This document shows positions 62,130 through 64,000 of a DNA stretch of 64,000 nucleotides, one piece after another. The first letter of the stretch is position 1. Each line of letters opens with the position of its first letter. Location: the NCBI GenBank assembly GCA_965230895.1, contig OZ246394.1, forward strand, positions 980,668 to 1,044,667. Reading direction: 5' to 3'. Origin of the DNA: an uncultured Gammaproteobacteria bacterium. Its GTDB lineage: Bacteria > Patescibacteriota > Microgenomatia > Levybacterales > UBA12049. The position numbers were made by a program, and so were the translations under genes. A model generated the notes under the pieces. That model did no database searches, was not told where the DNA came from, and saw only the letters and a list, made by a program, of their open reading frames with translations.

Positions 62130-64000
62130 TTATTCTATTTCTTCGTGGCGGGATTGTGGCGCGACATAATTTACTGGCCGGAAGTTTGATGGAATTCCAG
62201 AGTAATTGTATGCTGACTGAGATGCCATTGCTGCACCATTGGACGCTACACCGTTTGCAGGTGGAGGCGTACTATCTACAGCACCATTTGGAAGACTTGT
62301 TGGAGCTGGAGTCTGGAAAACAGGTCCGGTATTCTCCGCTGGTGCATTTGTTGGCGCTTGCGGTGTAGTTGGTGCTGCTGCAGGATTATTAACAGCAGCT
62401 CCACCTGGTGCAGGAGCAACTGGTTCAGGCGCTGTTGGAGTATTTGCCGCTTGTCCATCAGTTGCTTGTGTCGGATTCTGATTAGGAGCCTGTGGAGCGC
62501 CACCTGGAACATTTTGTGGTTGATTAGCGTCTTGTCCCTCTGAAGGTTTTGACTCAGCGCTTTCAGCCGGCTTCACATCACTTGAATCAGATGATTGTCC
62601 GCCTTGTTCTGCTGAACCTTGATCATCAGGAGCAATATTCTTAACTCCTGCTGCTTCAAGTACCATAATTGCAATTTCATCCTTTTGTTGAGCTGCAGCA
62701 ACCATATCAGCAACCATCTTTTCTAATTCTTCATATTTTATAGTATCTTTGACACTAAGTACTGCTGCTGCTAATGCGTTACCTTTTTGACTTGCTTCAT
62801 TAAGCTTCGTTTGAACAGCAGTATACTTCTCTTTGTCTGCTGGTAATTCAGCTGTAACTGGATTATTAATTAACAGTAACGTTTTCTTAAAGTTACGCAG
62901 TGGTTGATGAGCCAGCTCTTCTTCAATTATCTTTAATATCTCAGTTGCTAATGGATCACCAGATTCTTTTGCAGCTTGCAACTCTTTTTGAATTCCAGCA
63001 ATGTCATCATCAGATGTGATATCAGTAATCGCAAGAATCTTTGTAGCTAAAGGATTACCTTCAGTCTTTGCTTTTTGCATCTTCTCGTAGACAACATTAA
63101 ATTGATCTTTAACTTCAGGGTCAGCGAGATACAATGGATTAATCAATTGTTTTAATACATTCTTAAACTTGGTAACAGGCTCTTCTTCATGTGCTGCCTC
63201 TGCTTCTTCGACAAGCTCACTATTTACTGCCGCGAGAATATCCTCAGCAAGGCTATCTTCATTTTCCTTTGCAACCTTCAATTCTGCCATCAAATCTTCA
63301 ATAGCTGCATCGGTTGTTGTATCGTTCACAGCAAGAATCTTTGCTGCCAAAGCATTTCCACGCTGATTTTCCATAGTCAGTTTCTCATGAAGTTCCATGA
63401 AACGAACCTTCTTATTACTATCTTTAATATTATCTGGATGAATGATCTCAAGAAGGATTTGCTTAAGCTTCAATGAGGCTTGGATCTGCTGTGCCATACT
63501 ATTTGCAAGTTCAATAATTTCGAAAGCTAGATTGTCACCTTTAGCTTTTGCTTCTTCAATTTGCTTACGTAAGGTTTGGATTTGCTTCAAATCTGTTGAA
63601 ACTGTTACTTCAAGGATGCTGCTTGCCATTGCATTCTTTTCAGTACGAGCTTGCGTTAATTTGTCGTGGAGGACAATAAAGCGTGATTTATCTGTAGTAC
63701 TTGTTATATTGTCTGGATTTGCCAAGTTAATCAAAACTGTTCGGAACTGCTCATCTGTAAGTGGAGCGACTGTTGCACCCGCACCACCCTTATTGAAGAC
63801 AAACTCATTGGTATTATCACTGTAATCGATCACAATTGTATCTCCAGCAACAAACTTCTTTGAAATAATTGCTAACGCAATGGGATTTTCAATAGCAGTT
63901 TGAACGAGTCTTCGGAGTGGTCGAGCACCATAGACTGGGTCATAACCATCTTTTGCCAATTGATTAACAGCTTTTTCAGTGATTTGAAGGTTAAAGCCTT
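62130..64000 (-). CDS. ClpB/ClpC-family ATPase, 3' part (5' end outside window), with a long C-terminal repeat extension
   Basis: Frame stays open to the window edge (GFNLQITEKAVNQLAKDGYDPVYGARPLRRLVQ = D2-small domain), followed by four helical repeats and a low-complexity tail. Confidence 0.85.
   Translation of the reverse strand, partial: GFNLQITEKAVNQLAKDGYDPVYGARPLRRLVQTAIENPIALAIISKKFVAGDTIVIDYSDNTNEFVFNKGGAGATVAPLTDEQFRTVLINLANPDNITSTTDKSRFIVLHDKLTQARTEKNAMASSILEVTVSTDLKQIQTLRKQIEEAKAKGDNLAFEIIELANSMAQQIQASLKLKQILLEIIHPDNIKDSNKKVRFMELHEKLTMENQRGNALAAKILAVNDTTTDAAIEDLMAELKVAKENEDSLAEDILAAVNSELVEEAEAAHEEEPVTKFKNVLKQLINPLYLADPEVKDQFNVVYEKMQKAKTEGNPLATKILAITDITSDDDIAGIQKELQAAKESGDPLATEILKIIEEELAHQPLRNFKKTLLLINNPVTAELPADKEKYTAVQTKLNEASQKGNALAAAVLSVKDTIKYEELEKMVADMVAAAQQKDEIAIMVLEAAGVKNIAPDDQGSAEQGGQSSDSSDVKPAESAESKPSEGQDANQPQNVPGGAPQAPNQNPTQATDGQAANTPTAPEPVAPAPGGAAVNNPAAAPTTPQAPTNAPAENTGPVFQTPAPTSLPNGAVDSTPPPANGVASNGAAMASQSAYNYSGIPSNFRPVNYVAPQSRHEEIE
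62646..63752 (-). repeat. four ~92-aa helical protein repeats
   Basis: F/L..(V/I/T)L..(L/I).(N/H)P...K.(R/Q/K)(F/Y)..(L/V)..K(L/M)......N.(L/M)A..(I/V)L.(V/I)......D.(L/I)A..(I/V)(L/I) recurs four times. Confidence 0.8.

Overview
A 64 kb, low-GC, densely coded core-chromosome segment using genetic code 11. It most likely comes from a Patescibacteria/CPR bacterium of the Microgenomates group (Levybacteria-like). That assignment is inferred from the short IF2 and AlaS, a degenerate DHH protein, an FtsA-like/baseplate-J fusion, a membrane-anchored Clp ATPase and the style of the orphan genes. Housekeeping genes include recQ, secA, serS, rpsT, murJ, groES/EL, lepA, rpsL-rpsG, rpoB-rpoC, alaS, mltG, ftsK, rnj, pnp, rpsO, infB and nusA. 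They are interspersed with single-gene orphans and surface-protein genes: a sortase, a cohesin/PKD protein with an MPPTG signal, an SdrD-B/vWA adhesin and a CBM/DUF2341/LamG protein. I found no rRNA, tRNA, CRISPR array, transposase or prophage. Most notable observations: (1) an adhesin gene pair in which the last Ig-like repeat appears split across two genes by a ~2.6 kb inserted module; (2) a cluster of remodelled Clp/Hsp100 ATPases, one with four unrecognised ~92-aa helical repeats and one membrane-anchored with a degenerate first ATPase ring, flanking a small membrane protein; (3) a Lon-type ATPase with no protease domain; (4) pervasive leaderless-type promoters, against which a few long structured leaders stand out; (5) natural rifampicin- and streptomycin-resistance-type substitutions; (6) two unannotated small ORFs. 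All calls come from reading motifs by eye; no database searches were run.
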